Assembly (NCBI GenBank): GCA_002633005.1
Contig: NMRA01000114.1
Location: 274,835 to 338,834 of the forward strand
Length of the DNA stretch: 64,000 nucleotides
Source: Phoronis australis
Lineage: Eukaryota; Animalia; Phoronida
Direction of reading: 5' to 3'
The notes under the pieces are model-generated. The model was not told the origin of the DNA, did not search any database, and saw only the letters and a program-made list of their open reading frames with translations. Position numbers and translations under genes: made by a program. Below, piece after piece: positions 1 to 30,373 of this stretch (its first letter is position 1; each line of letters starts with the position of its first letter).

Positions 1-331
1 GTGTTCTGTCGGTTTTCTGTTTTTGTGACAATTGCCGATAAGGGTGTGGAAACACTTGAGACGTGTTTCCTTTTTTAAAAACCACGACTCGTTAATGGTC
101 TGATTTCGCCTAACATTTGGTTTAAAAGAAGTCATTGTGAACTTAAAAAACTTGGTTATGATCTGGATGTTTGAGTATGGCTACATTGGCATTGCTACGA
201 TCCCTCTGGGGACATTTCTGAAACGTCTGTTGGAACTCAAGTTTATACAGAAAAATACTTTTGCCAGGAGACTTATGGCATGTTACCAGGTTCGTTATAA
301 TGCAGTTCCACTGTATTATTGTTGTTTTCAG

Positions 332-19750
<19,419 letters not shown>

Positions 19751-22262
19751 CCGCAGCCACCAAGCAACCAGACGCAAAAGGAGACGATACACAACATAAG
19801 GGAGGCGATTCCCAATAAATTTTTATCGTCTAGTGTCTCGTCTTCAGGGTTTTAGCAAGGGGACGATGTTTAGTTTCAACCAGTTTAGATTATTTCAATC
19901 ATGCCAGCGGACACAGTGCTGTATTTCTTAGGTTTCTGATGCGCAAGCTACGGCTGTTGGAGTGCCATGGTGGCCACCTGTAAAAAAATCAGATTTCTTA
20001 ACTTCACACAGTTAGTTAAGAAACGTGCGAACAATTTGTGAAGTTATTGTCACAGAACAGATTCTTGTGTTCTTCGGCCATGAATAAAGATTTTCTGTAC
20101 CGATGTTAGATGCAGTGGTGTCGATGACAGTGTTAGTAAGATGTCGGTTCACTGCAGACGTTTGTCATGACTGTGAAAAACAGAACATTGTTGTTTTTCT
20201 TTCTCTCAACTCTTGATGGAATTAGCTGTTTTACAGGACTTGTTAGCAATGTTTAAAACAATGGTCCAGTCTGAAAAACACCAACATTTTGCTGGTCACG
20301 TGGGACAACATAACCGATGTTTGAAACGATCCTCTGGGCAAAATGCAAACATTTTGGTACCCTTAACCATCCATCATTTGCGACCCTTAACCCTCGATCA
20401 TCTGCGACTCTTAACCCTCAAACTTTTTCCCACCATTTAGTTCAACGTTTCTCTCCTTTCCTTCTGTTGAGATAATAAAGGGACATCCATTCTTGATTAG
20501 CACACTTTGTAAATATGGAGACTCTCGGCCTCGGTGGGTTTGAGCACAACGATCCATTCTGGGGAGGCGCTGTGTTTGTTAGGTTGGATGTACGGTGCTA
20601 CGGTGTATGTAATAGTTACTGGCAGTGGTGGCAAACTGTTGGTGTACAAGTTGGCTTGGAAGTGGCGGATTACTGTATTTTTGAGTAATCAAGGATGTAA
20701 TTTTACGAAGTAAGTTCATATTGAACTTTGAAATTTTTTCGTATTTTGTACGTGAATGTCGGAAGCTTTTTGTAATGATGTCCTTTCTTATATGAAAGCC
20801 GCGCGTGAATAAAATGTGGTTGCATCATAAATTAATATTCATGAGGTGTCAGTATTCGGTAGTTTTGGTTCAGTCAATGGTAATTACTCTAATCAGTGTT
20901 GGGACTTATATCGATTTTATTACATACATGTAGCTCTCTTTACAATATCAGTTTTGGTCATGGCATAAGTAGAAGGGAAATAGTTATTAAACAAAACGTG
21001 AATTTTATTTTATCATCAAAAGTTATGTTAAATCAATTTTGCTCACTTCTGTACTGCCATGGTGGTTTAGGAGTTCAGTTTGACGTCAACAAATTTTTAA
21101 TCTTTGCAATTCTGAAAATCTGTTGAGGAAAAATCTGATTGAGTTAAGGACAGCGGACAAGTGGAAACGTATTTTTCTTTAAAGATAAATAACAGTAAAT
21201 ACGGGAAAATTTCTCCAGTTTGGGCAGCCTCAAAATCTGGAACACCAAAGTTTCATGCTGAAATTGAATTTTCTGGATTCTGAAGACAGGAACATGGGCC
21301 ATTTTGGCTTTGATTGTGGTTTGCAAATATCGGACAGTTCAGTTTGAAGGAACACTGGAATTGTTAGGATTGTCATGTCTGTTGATGTAACGTTTTCATG
21401 TGTTCCGATACTGTGTAACTTTGAAGTGAATGATTGTTATTCTTGGTCGCAATTTTTGAATTTGGTATGCCCGATATTACTAGTTTCTAAAAGTTTGGTA
21501 CCACTGACCTCGAGGTCACTGTCTTTAACTGGAGATGTTTTACAAGCCCTTCATCATGTATAGTTCTCTATCGTCGGACATAATTTTGAGCAATTGTTGC
21601 CATTTTCAAAACTTGAAGCCTTTTGCAAAAAATATGAATTGTCCACTATGTACCTCTCATCTCAATTGCCTTAACTGAAACAGTTTCTGCAGTCGCAAAT
21701 TCTCAACCTACAAACGATTGTTAAACAGGCGTCATCCTGTTTGCGCACATTTTGTGTCATTAAATGTTGTGTCACTGAAGCTTCTCAATTAGACACATTA
21801 TGTAGCCTACTATTTTGTAAAATAAATCGGTTGTCAAATTAGTATTCTTTTGTATAAGTAAGGATTATTTGTCTTCTTTCAAACTGTCACTTCACATCAC
21901 ATGACCTACAGTTAAGTCTTGAAACAGTCCCTGTACCCTCGCCTCTTACCTGTAGATGTCTCTGTACGCCCACAACACACCTGCCTTTGCAAATTTTTAA
22001 TTAGAAAAACTTTTTGGTAAAAAATTTTCTATTCAGCTACATGGTTTTCAGGTGGAATTTTATGTTATAAAATTTCTAGACAAAAATAACTTCTGGGGAC
22101 CGGTTTTGTGGCTGTTATGATTTTTATAGGTTTAACTGGTTTTACATACCAGTGTTGAAGTAACATTTGGTATAATTCTGAACAATATAGAAATGCAGTA
22201 AGCTTTTGAAAAATGTCAATTTTAGAAATTAGTTTTGTCACAAATCTATTTCCATAAAGGTT

Positions 22263-22585
22263 CTTGGTCTGTCAAAGCAGTCACTAAAACCTCATACAAA
22301 TGACATTAATTCACTTTCGAATCGGTTTGTTTAAATTTGTTGTAATCGGTACATAAGACTAGTCACATAAAATCCGGATTTGCAAGTTGGTACATTTTAG
22401 GTTAATGTTAACGATTTAGTAAATCGAGTTAGTAGTAACATTTAGTCTTAAATGTGAAAATCTACTCCGTTGACCACAAAATATTAGGCATTTTTCCAAG
22501 TTACTCTGTTCACAACTTAAAAAACAGTATGGGCAATATCGCGATCTTTTGATGGAAAAGCTTGCTTGTTTTGACAGACCACGAG
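22263..22585. mobile_element. Possible MITE between the CARM1 and RRM2 3' ends
   Basis: tggtctgtcaaa / tttgacagacca inverted ends. Confidence 0.45.
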
Positions 22586-22673
22586 TTAGGAACAATTGTT
22601 GCTAGTTATTGGCAGTTACGTTGATTACAAATTCGTCTCGAATACACAATGTTACAGATATGAAATAAAACAT

Positions 22674-22679
22674 TTTATT
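22674..22679 (-). terminator. Probable RRM2 polyadenylation signal (AATAAA)
   Basis: tttatt on + strand, ~400 nt past the stop. Confidence 0.55.
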
Positions 22680-23076
22680 AAACATACTGTTAGTACAGTG
22701 CCTATGTACAAACGTGTATTAATATGACTAAAAACTATCTACATCTTTACACAATTCTGTACAAATAAAATTGGAAATAAAATTCTGGGATCTCTAACGA
22801 AAACATGAGCATTACAGGTAAAATAACATGTTGCATCTAAAACAATTGGATTGATAAAACATCAACTGAACTAGTTTCACAATTATGTTCTATACCATCT
22901 CGTAATGCATCCTAGCAACCACCTTTTTCATAACTTAGCCGGTACTACGAATAAATAAATCAGTGAACAACAGCAGTCATTTGCTGTCAGAAATATTTCG
23001 ACCACATTTTTACTACAATCTAGTGACTAGCCACAGTTTATTTGCACCGGATCATGTGGCAAGCACTTAGTCTGGT

Positions 23077-23229
23077 TTAGAAATCCGCGTTGAGGTTGAA
23101 GGTATTTCCTTCGTTGCTGGAGGCGACGCCTAATTTTTGATACTCGCCCACTCTCTTCTCGAAGAAGTTTGTCTTTCCTTCAAGGGAGATGTTCTCCATG
23201 AAGTCAAACGGATTTTCAACATTGTAGAT
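23077..23229 (-). CDS. RRM2: RRM2 exon 8 ([11 protein letters not shown]...FNLNADF*)
   Basis: Conserved C-terminus, TAA stop. Confidence 0.95.
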   Translation of the reverse strand: MYNVENPFDFMENISLEGKTNFFEKRVGEYQKLGVASSNEGNTFNLNADF

Positions 23230-26200
23230 CTGCAATTAAAATGTAAAATATAACTTCCAATGAGTTATTCCTAACGGTCTATTTTCAACTACATTGAACT
23301 CTCACGATTTCAGGACACAATATGGCCGACAAGTAAACTTCTAGTTTCTCATTTTTCCATGTGAGATACAAGGCAGCACCAAATTAATGATATTCTACAT
23401 TAAAATTCTGTACCATAGCTATCGTCTGCCAATATTTTGAAGAATTGTGGGTATTCACAACGATAGAAAAACCCTTGAAAAATGAAAATGGCAATTTTAG
23501 CAATTACTTCTTTTCGCATTTTATTGCGTTTGACATATAAGATGAATGAATCGAGCTAAGTGAGCAAGTTAGGTATTCAATATTGTATCAGTGCTTCGCA
23601 AGCCAAGGACTCGCTTTCAATCAGAATACAAGTTTTAGAACAATTATAGAGCAGTGCAAAATGTTTCTTAAATGGAAAACTGCGAAACGTGGGTAAACTG
23701 GAGGTTTTCTACAAGCCACCTACGTGACATATTTATCGTGTTCTGGAAAAAAAGTGATGCTTGTTTGAAAACAAAGCGTAATGAAAGGTCTTTTGCGACG
23801 AGCATTCATTTCGGACGTAGCACATGAAATTCATGCAGGAACAGAATTTCTCAGTTTAGTGGCTTGGAGAATAAGATAGATTACCTTTGAGCACTGTAGC
23901 TCCAGCAACAGTCGGTCGGCGACAAACTCTATGTATTGCTTCATCAGTTTCTTATTCATGCCAATCAGTGATACTGGTAGCGCCTCCGTTAGAAACTCTT
24001 GTTCAATACTAACTGCTTCCTTGATAATTTGATAAATCCTGTCTTTAGATGGCTTGTTAACGAGGTGCTTGAACATGAGGCAAGCAAAATCACAGTGAAG
24101 ACCCTGAAATACAACAGACAAGTGAGAGATCAAACAGAAACAATCATCGTGGAGTTTGTACTTATTGAAAGGAGTAGGATAATGGTGGAAATATTTGAGC
24201 AGACACATTATATTATAGTCAAGCCTCGAAAGACCACCACAACAGCTCACCACCAATGCGCTCTTTAAACAGAGAACCTAGAGGATTTGCACCATGACAT
24301 CACAAATAGACAAATGAGAAGTAGTTTTATGAGTTTGTGGTGGCTGTAGAAAGTAACTACAATTCAGGATTGTCTTCAGTCAAGTCTGTGTCTGTCATCA
24401 GCAGTGAATAGGGTTGACAATAACAACAGTGAGACAATGGGATGTACTTCTGATCCCAGTGCAAGTTCTGAGTGCTAAAATATTGATGAAGAAGCATGCA
24501 CATAAAAGTGAGGGACTATACCTTTCAGTATAGCTTTTTGTAGTTGTGCATGCATTATATTTCATGTATGTTTTATATTTAATTTAGTGCAAGTTTGATT
24601 ATTTGTTACAGGCAACACCTTAGTATCTTTTGAAAATGACAATTTTAGCTATTACTTTTGTGCAAAACAACAGTTGAATTACCAATTACCTCATCCCTTG
24701 AGATTAGTTCATTGCTGAAAGTAAGGCCATGCATCAGGGAACGTTTCTTCAGCCAGAAAATTGAGGCGAAAGATCCAGAGAAGAAGATGCCTTCAACAGC
24801 AGCGAAAGCCACAATGCGCTCTCCATAGCTTGCGTTTTTGTCATTGATCCACGAGATCGCCCAGTCGGCCTTCCTCTTTACACACGGAAGGGTCTCGATA
24901 GCATTGAACAGGTGCTCTCTGAAAATCATGATAGAAATCACGATAGAAATTGAATCATGATACAAATCATGATACAAATCAGTGGTTATAAATACGAGGA
25001 GGGCTAGTTTACATTATTTATGGCAATAGTCTGATAAATGTGCTGGTATTTTGAACACCAGTTTGATGCCCGTTATTTAGTGGAGAAAACTGGTTCTCAA
25101 AATTCGGACACATTATATCAGACCATTACCATATTTATCATTATCAATAAGTAATTGTTTTAACTTCTTTATTCTGATGAGAAGTCTATTTTTGGGTTAG
25201 AAAATAGTGCTTTGGAAGTAAAGCGTTTCAGTGAAAACTGTCATAGCTAAGAAAAACATTAAAACACATGCAAAATTCCTCAAGCAAGATGCCCAAGCAG
25301 AGACATTAAAGCAGCCAGTGTCTGTTGCAATGGACTTGTAGAAAGCCTAAGAAAGGTGTTGGCCTTTCTGTTTTGCGGACTTTATTTCGTAAAATTCAGA
25401 CACCACTGGTCCACTGTTATTACCTCTGATCTGGATCTTGGATGTATGTGTCGATTAGCAAGCTGTACATTTCTGAATGGATGTTTTCAATAGCAATCTG
25501 AAACCCATAGAAACAGCGAGCCTCCGTAATCTGGACCTCTTGTGCAAACCTCTCCACCTGAAAACAACCAATACCAACATAACCAGATGGTGGCCACTGT
25601 TGTCATCCATCCTCCCATGAACATAGACATAAAAATTACATTTTTATTACCGGATCGGAAGCTGGAAACAAAAAAACAACTCAATATCACAGCACTACCG
25701 CAGACTCTTACAAAAATCAAATGTGGCGTAAAAAATGGAATTCAATTCAAAGAGCACAGCGTGACTTAGAACGCCAACAGATGACAGTGCTGCAGTGTTC
25801 TGCATCTGCTTAGCCTAGACAAGATCGTTAGAAAAGTAACTGCCCTTTACAGATTTCAAATATCACAGGCAAAAGTACCCACTTAAAAATACAAGTGATG
25901 GCCTATTCTGCTCTCGTATTTCTGAATTTGGACTTGTAGAATGTCAAAAAATCGATGAACGTCCGTTTCGCACCCTTTAGAATTATATGAAAGTAGTAAA
26001 TTTTCTACTAGAATTTTACTTTTCCAACTTGTATTTTCGAGCGTTTTCTCGCTTATGTCAAGCACGTCCACGAGAACAGTCAAGTTTACTTCACCCACCA
26101 GATTTTCATTGAAAATTCCATCANCTCTGTTCACTGGCAATATGGGCTTTTTTGTACTGGGATAAGTTAAGATATTTACCAATTGCATTTTTTGAGTTTT

Positions 26201-29200
26201 GATTTCTTTGAAGATGTGTTTGGCTGAAGTAACCATCCTGTCAACATTAACAGGTCAAAAAATACCACCCATTTTTAATGCATCACTTCTTACAGGAACG
26301 ACCACCCATAAATTGAGTTTTTTTCTGAAGACCACCACCCATGAATTTTTATTTCTGCTGCCGTCCCCCCCCTCCCACACGGATTTTACTGGAACAGCCC
26401 TCAAGCAGGATGCCCAAGCAGTGACATTAAAGCAGACAGTGTCTGTTGCAATGGACATGTAGAAAGCCTAACAAAGGTGTTGGCCTTTCTGTTTTGCGGA
26501 CTTTATTCCGAAAAATTCAGACACCACTGGTCCACTGTTATTACCTCTGATCCGGATCTTGGATGTATGTGTCGATTAGCAAGCTGTACATTTCTGAATG
26601 GATGTTTTCAATAGCAATCTGGAACCCATAGAAACAGCGAGCCTCCGTAATCTGGACCTCTTGTGCAAACCTCTCCACCTGAAAACAACCAATACCAACA
26701 TAACCAGATGGTGGCCACTGTTGTCATCCATCCTCTCGTGAACATAGACATAAAATTACATTTTTATTACCAGATCGGAAGCTTGAAACAAAAAACAACT
26801 CAATATCACAGCACTACCGCAGACTCTTACAAAAATCAAATGTGGCATAAAAAATGAAATTCAATTCAAAGAGCACAGCGTGACTTAGAACGCCAACAGG
26901 TGACAGTGCTGCAGTGTTCTGCATCTGCTTAGCCTAGACAAGATCGTTAGAAAAGTAACTGCCCTTTACAGATTTCAAATATCACAGGCAAAAGTACCCA
27001 CTTAAAAATACAAGTGATGGCCTATTCTGCTCTCGTATTTCTGAATTTGGACTTGTAGAATGTCAAAAAATCGATGAACGTCCGTTTCGCACCCTTTAGA
27101 ATTATATGAAAGTAGTAAATTTTCTACTCGAATTTTACTTTTCCAACTTGTATTTTAGAGCGTTTTCTCGCTTATGTCAAGCACGTCCACGAGAACAGTC
27201 AAGTTTACTTCACCCACCAGATTTTCATTGACAATTCCATCACTGGCAGCAAAGAAAGCCAGAATGTGCGAGATGAAATGTTGTTCCTGAGGTTTAAGTT
27301 TCTTCCAGTCCGCAAGGTCGTTTGAGAGGTCCACCTCTTCCGCTGTCCAGAACGAGGCTTCGGCTTTTTTATACATGTCCCAAATTTCTTTGTACTGGAT
27401 GGGGAATATAACAAAGCGACGAGGGTTTTCTTGAAGCAGAGGTTCGTCTTTTTGTTTTAGTTTGTTCTTTGCCTTCTCCGCCAGCATCTGAAATTTGTTT
27501 ACAGTGTTACTATGACAACAAGTAATTGTACGAAGAGGATATAGATGGAATGTCTTAAATTATTGATTCAAAACATCTCGCAATTGGTTCCAAATTTTGA
27601 TTTCCCTAGTCTTGATCGTCAATAACCATGGTCAACAGCATTACCAATTAAGCGAAACTTGCTTCTCAATTAAAGCAACTTTTTTCTGTGAGCAAAAGAT
27701 TACTGTCCAGCCATTAGTCCCACAGTCAGACATTAAAAACATGCAGTTTTTGATAAAATCTTCACAAAACTACCTATGTCAAACTAACTTTGCCAATTTC
27801 ATAGTTAGTATTTTAAATTTTCAGGTTAATGTCACATTGATATTATAAAACATTGAGATTTTTTTATTGTAAATATAGATTTACCTTGGTTGACGATGGG
27901 GACGGTACTGCAGGTATGTTCTGAAACGAGCAAAGAACAACTAAATCACACTAAAATCAAGGGCATAATGTTTACCTAACTAAAAATTAGGTAATTGTTT
28001 AAAATATCACGACATTGACCTACACACATGATTTTGGTATCATTGGATTCCTCGCAACATTATCTTTCCAAAAATATATGAATGTATTCCCTACAGAGTT
28101 TCCTCAGTATTTTATCGTAGAATTTTGGTTCGCACTATTACCCGGTTGACACCGCCATGTTAGCTCAACTCAAGATCACATCGACATGTTAATGAATGAA
28201 ACAGCATCATCGATTCTGAATGGTTTGCCCGCATGAGATTACCGCTAAAGTCTTCCTGACATAATATGGAAGAACAAGTTGCAGCATTTCACCTTTTCTA
28301 ATTTTTTTGTAATTGTGACCATTCGACCATTTTCCACGAAATTGTTTGAAGTAATACCCTTTTCACCAATCAAAAACAACCTCGCTTTTTTGCGGATTCT
28401 TGCCAGTAGCTAGATGAGTACTACGGTCACCATAAGATCGAATTCGAACCCTTCGGAACTTAACTCGGGCAGGGGATGGACGGGTCTTAGTCAATTTGAC
28501 CTTATGAAAAGCGACAGTAGATTGGTTCAGCTTTTGACCGCCAGGTGGCTCCTTCCATTCAACATGTCTGTATAATTCCCGCGTATCGGGAAATAGTGCC
28601 AGCAGAAATTTCACAATAAAATACTAAGGAAATGGGGTAGGAAAAAATTCTGTGCATTTTTGGAAAGATAATATTGCAAGGAATCAAAAGATACCAAAAT
28701 CATATATGTAAGTCAATGTCATCATATTGGCAACAATTACCAAAAATTATTTTTAATAATTAATGAGAATTGCTTTATTATATAATCATAACTTTGCAAT
28801 TACTGAAACAGCCAAGCATTATACATGGAGATACCTTAGCTGAAATAAATGGACCAATCACCGACAGCAGCTGACTACCCTTTGTTTGGTTACACCACAT
28901 TTTCCCGCGACATGACGTCACAACATCAAGGCGCAATTTTGTTAACGTACAATTAGATAAGATATCCATACTTACAGCTTTGTTGCTATCGCCAAGTACT
29001 TTCTTCTTACTCAGAGAGTGCATGCTAGGGTCCTGCAAGAAACAAACAAGCTTACAAACAAATCCAAAACGCGAATAGTTTATGATACTTTTCGCTAGCT
29101 TCGGGCTCATTCGATCAAAAACAAAGAAACGGTGACAATTTAGCCAGCGACGCAAAAAAATCTTATCCAGGAAATAAGATGACAGAGGTAACTTTATAAA

Positions 29201-29435
29201 AATTAAAAAATTGATAACCATGAATAAACCCGAAATCATTTGCATGTAATCCAGCCGCCAACGGAAAATTACATAAGTTCGACAGCTGACCAACAGCCCG
29301 CCAAATTTCGTCAGGCAGAAACTCTTATTTCAGACAAAATTTCAGACAAAAATGTACCTGGTTTTCGTCGTTCACAGTCGCCTTGTTGAATGTACTGGCT
29401 AAGTCTGTGTTGATTGTTTGTGAAACGGACAACAT
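23077..29435 (-). CDS. RRM2: Ribonucleoside-diphosphate reductase small subunit, 391 aa
   Basis: Exons 29435-29358, 29032-28976, 27920-27885, 27487-27218, 26678-26545 (duplicate 25557-25424), 24918-24690, 24103-23885, 23229-23077. Motifs [60 protein letters not shown]-terminal FNLNADF. Confidence 0.98.
23885..24103 (-). CDS. RRM2: RRM2 exon 7 (GLHCDFA...LQCSK)
   Basis: [10 protein letters not shown]. Confidence 0.95.
24690..24918 (-). CDS. RRM2: RRM2 exon 6 (EHLFNAIET...LISRDE)
   Basis: [10 protein letters not shown]. Confidence 0.95.
24922..24980. repeat. 12-bp tandem repeat next to the RRM2 exon 6 acceptor
   Basis: aaatcatgatag/c units. Confidence 0.7.
25424..25557 (-). CDS. RRM2: RRM2 exon 5, second (probably allelic) copy
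   Basis: Same peptide, synonymous differences only; in a block duplicated across the N at 26124. Confidence 0.6.
26545..26678 (-). CDS. RRM2: RRM2 exon 5 (VERFAQEVQ...IQDPDQ)
   Basis: ENIHSEMY with the radical Tyr; 134 nt. Confidence 0.92.
27218..27487 (-). CDS. RRM2: RRM2 exon 4 (MLAEK...IVNENL)
   Basis: Conserved R2 core. Confidence 0.95.
27885..27920 (-). CDS. RRM2: RRM2 exon 3 ([12 protein letters not shown])
   Basis: 36 nt, phase 0-0, tttcag/gtaaat. Confidence 0.7.
27990..28741. mobile_element. Non-autonomous DNA element with long imperfect inverted repeats in RRM2 intron 2
   Basis: 27990-28075 is the approximate reverse complement of 28656-28741. Confidence 0.72.
28976..29032 (-). 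CDS. RRM2: RRM2 exon 2 ([19 protein letters not shown])
   Basis: 57 nt, phase 0-0, ttgcag/gtaagt. Confidence 0.8.
29358..29435 (-). CDS. RRM2: RRM2 exon 1 (MLSVSQT...NDENQ)
   Basis: aaaATG start, cag/gtac donor, E2F sites just upstream. Confidence 0.82.
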
Positions 29436-29527
29436 TTTAAAAGCAAAGAGTTTTACAACAGATCTAAAATATTGCACAGACTGTTGAGCTGGAAGCCGGG
29501 CGAAGAAGTGAAATAAAGGTTAGTGTT

Positions 29528-29615
29528 GCGCGAAATTTGTATAACGCGCGCGAAAACGTATGATATCCAATCAGAAGGTTTATGGACGAGTTTATTTAAG
29601 CTTGGGTGGGATTGG
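29528..29615 (-). promoter_or_regulatory. RRM2 promoter: two E2F sites and two CCAAT boxes
   Basis: TTTCGCGC (gcgcgaaa on +) at 29528-29535 and 29548-29555; CCAAT 29567-29571; ATTGG 29611-29615; extra E2F-like cccgccaaa in intron 1 near 29297. Confidence 0.75.
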
Positions 29616-30291
29616 TGTTTAACAGTTCTGGTAAAATCTTTGCTTCGACCAACATAATCAGCTGAAAATCATTAAAAAGTACTTAAATGTTTTTCTAATG
29701 GTAGACAATGTGTTTTTGCTAAGCTGCAATTCTTTCAAAGACTCATATTTGCCAAAGATCATAAGTCGACCGCTCCCGTCGCATTCAATATTTATTTTTC
29801 TTTGAGCTATTATAAAATGCAGCTCGGTGTTTCGTAGGCCCTCAAAATATAAAATTGGATTTCACAGTATATTTATAAAGTACCTAATTTTGTAATTGTT
29901 TTCATTTTCTTTTTAATATACCTGGGAATGAGCTTTTTTTATCTTAAAAAACGAAAATTTGAAGTTGCAATAATCATTTCGCAAACTAGCTAAAATCGGT
30001 AGCTTCGCAACACCAAATAGGAAAGTTCTTACGCTGCACTATTTATTTCCCCTTCGACATTTGCGATCTTTCTCTCTGTTAAGCTTCTTTTGGTTAACAT
30101 CTAATCACTTAATTTCTAACTATAATTGTATAATTCTTAAATTTATAAATATAACTACACAAACTTTTTGATAAACAAAAATATAAGCCCAGATAGTTTT
30201 GCGTAGTTACAAATATAAGTGCTGGTTGTGACGCGGTGTAAACAACTTGGAGATCGTGTGCAGGAAATAGTACAGTACTTCTAATGACAAA

Positions 30292-30373
30292 ATGACGGAC
30301 AGCGTGCGAGAATATGACGATAGCGTTTTACGTAGACTTCATTCGCAGTATGCTGGAGGGAAACTACACAAAG
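30292..30373 (+). CDS. STPG1: STPG1 exon 1 (MTDSVREY...KLHK)
   Basis: aaaATG; aag/gtacga; phase fits exon 2. Confidence 0.72.

Larger units (their letters stand above)
25278..27242. other. Duplicated block across a contig join (25278-26123 vs 26399-27242)
   Basis: N at 26124; duplicates RRM2 exon 5 and the end of exon 4. Confidence 0.85.

Noticed and set aside
26097-26123. RRM2 pseudo-exon reading GIFNENL
   Set aside because: Truncated contig-end copy of exon 4 next to an N.
28293-28360. Extra RRM2 exon (GITSNN...KLEK)
   Set aside because: Purine-rich, poor acceptor; lies inside an inverted-repeat element; protein length is already typical.
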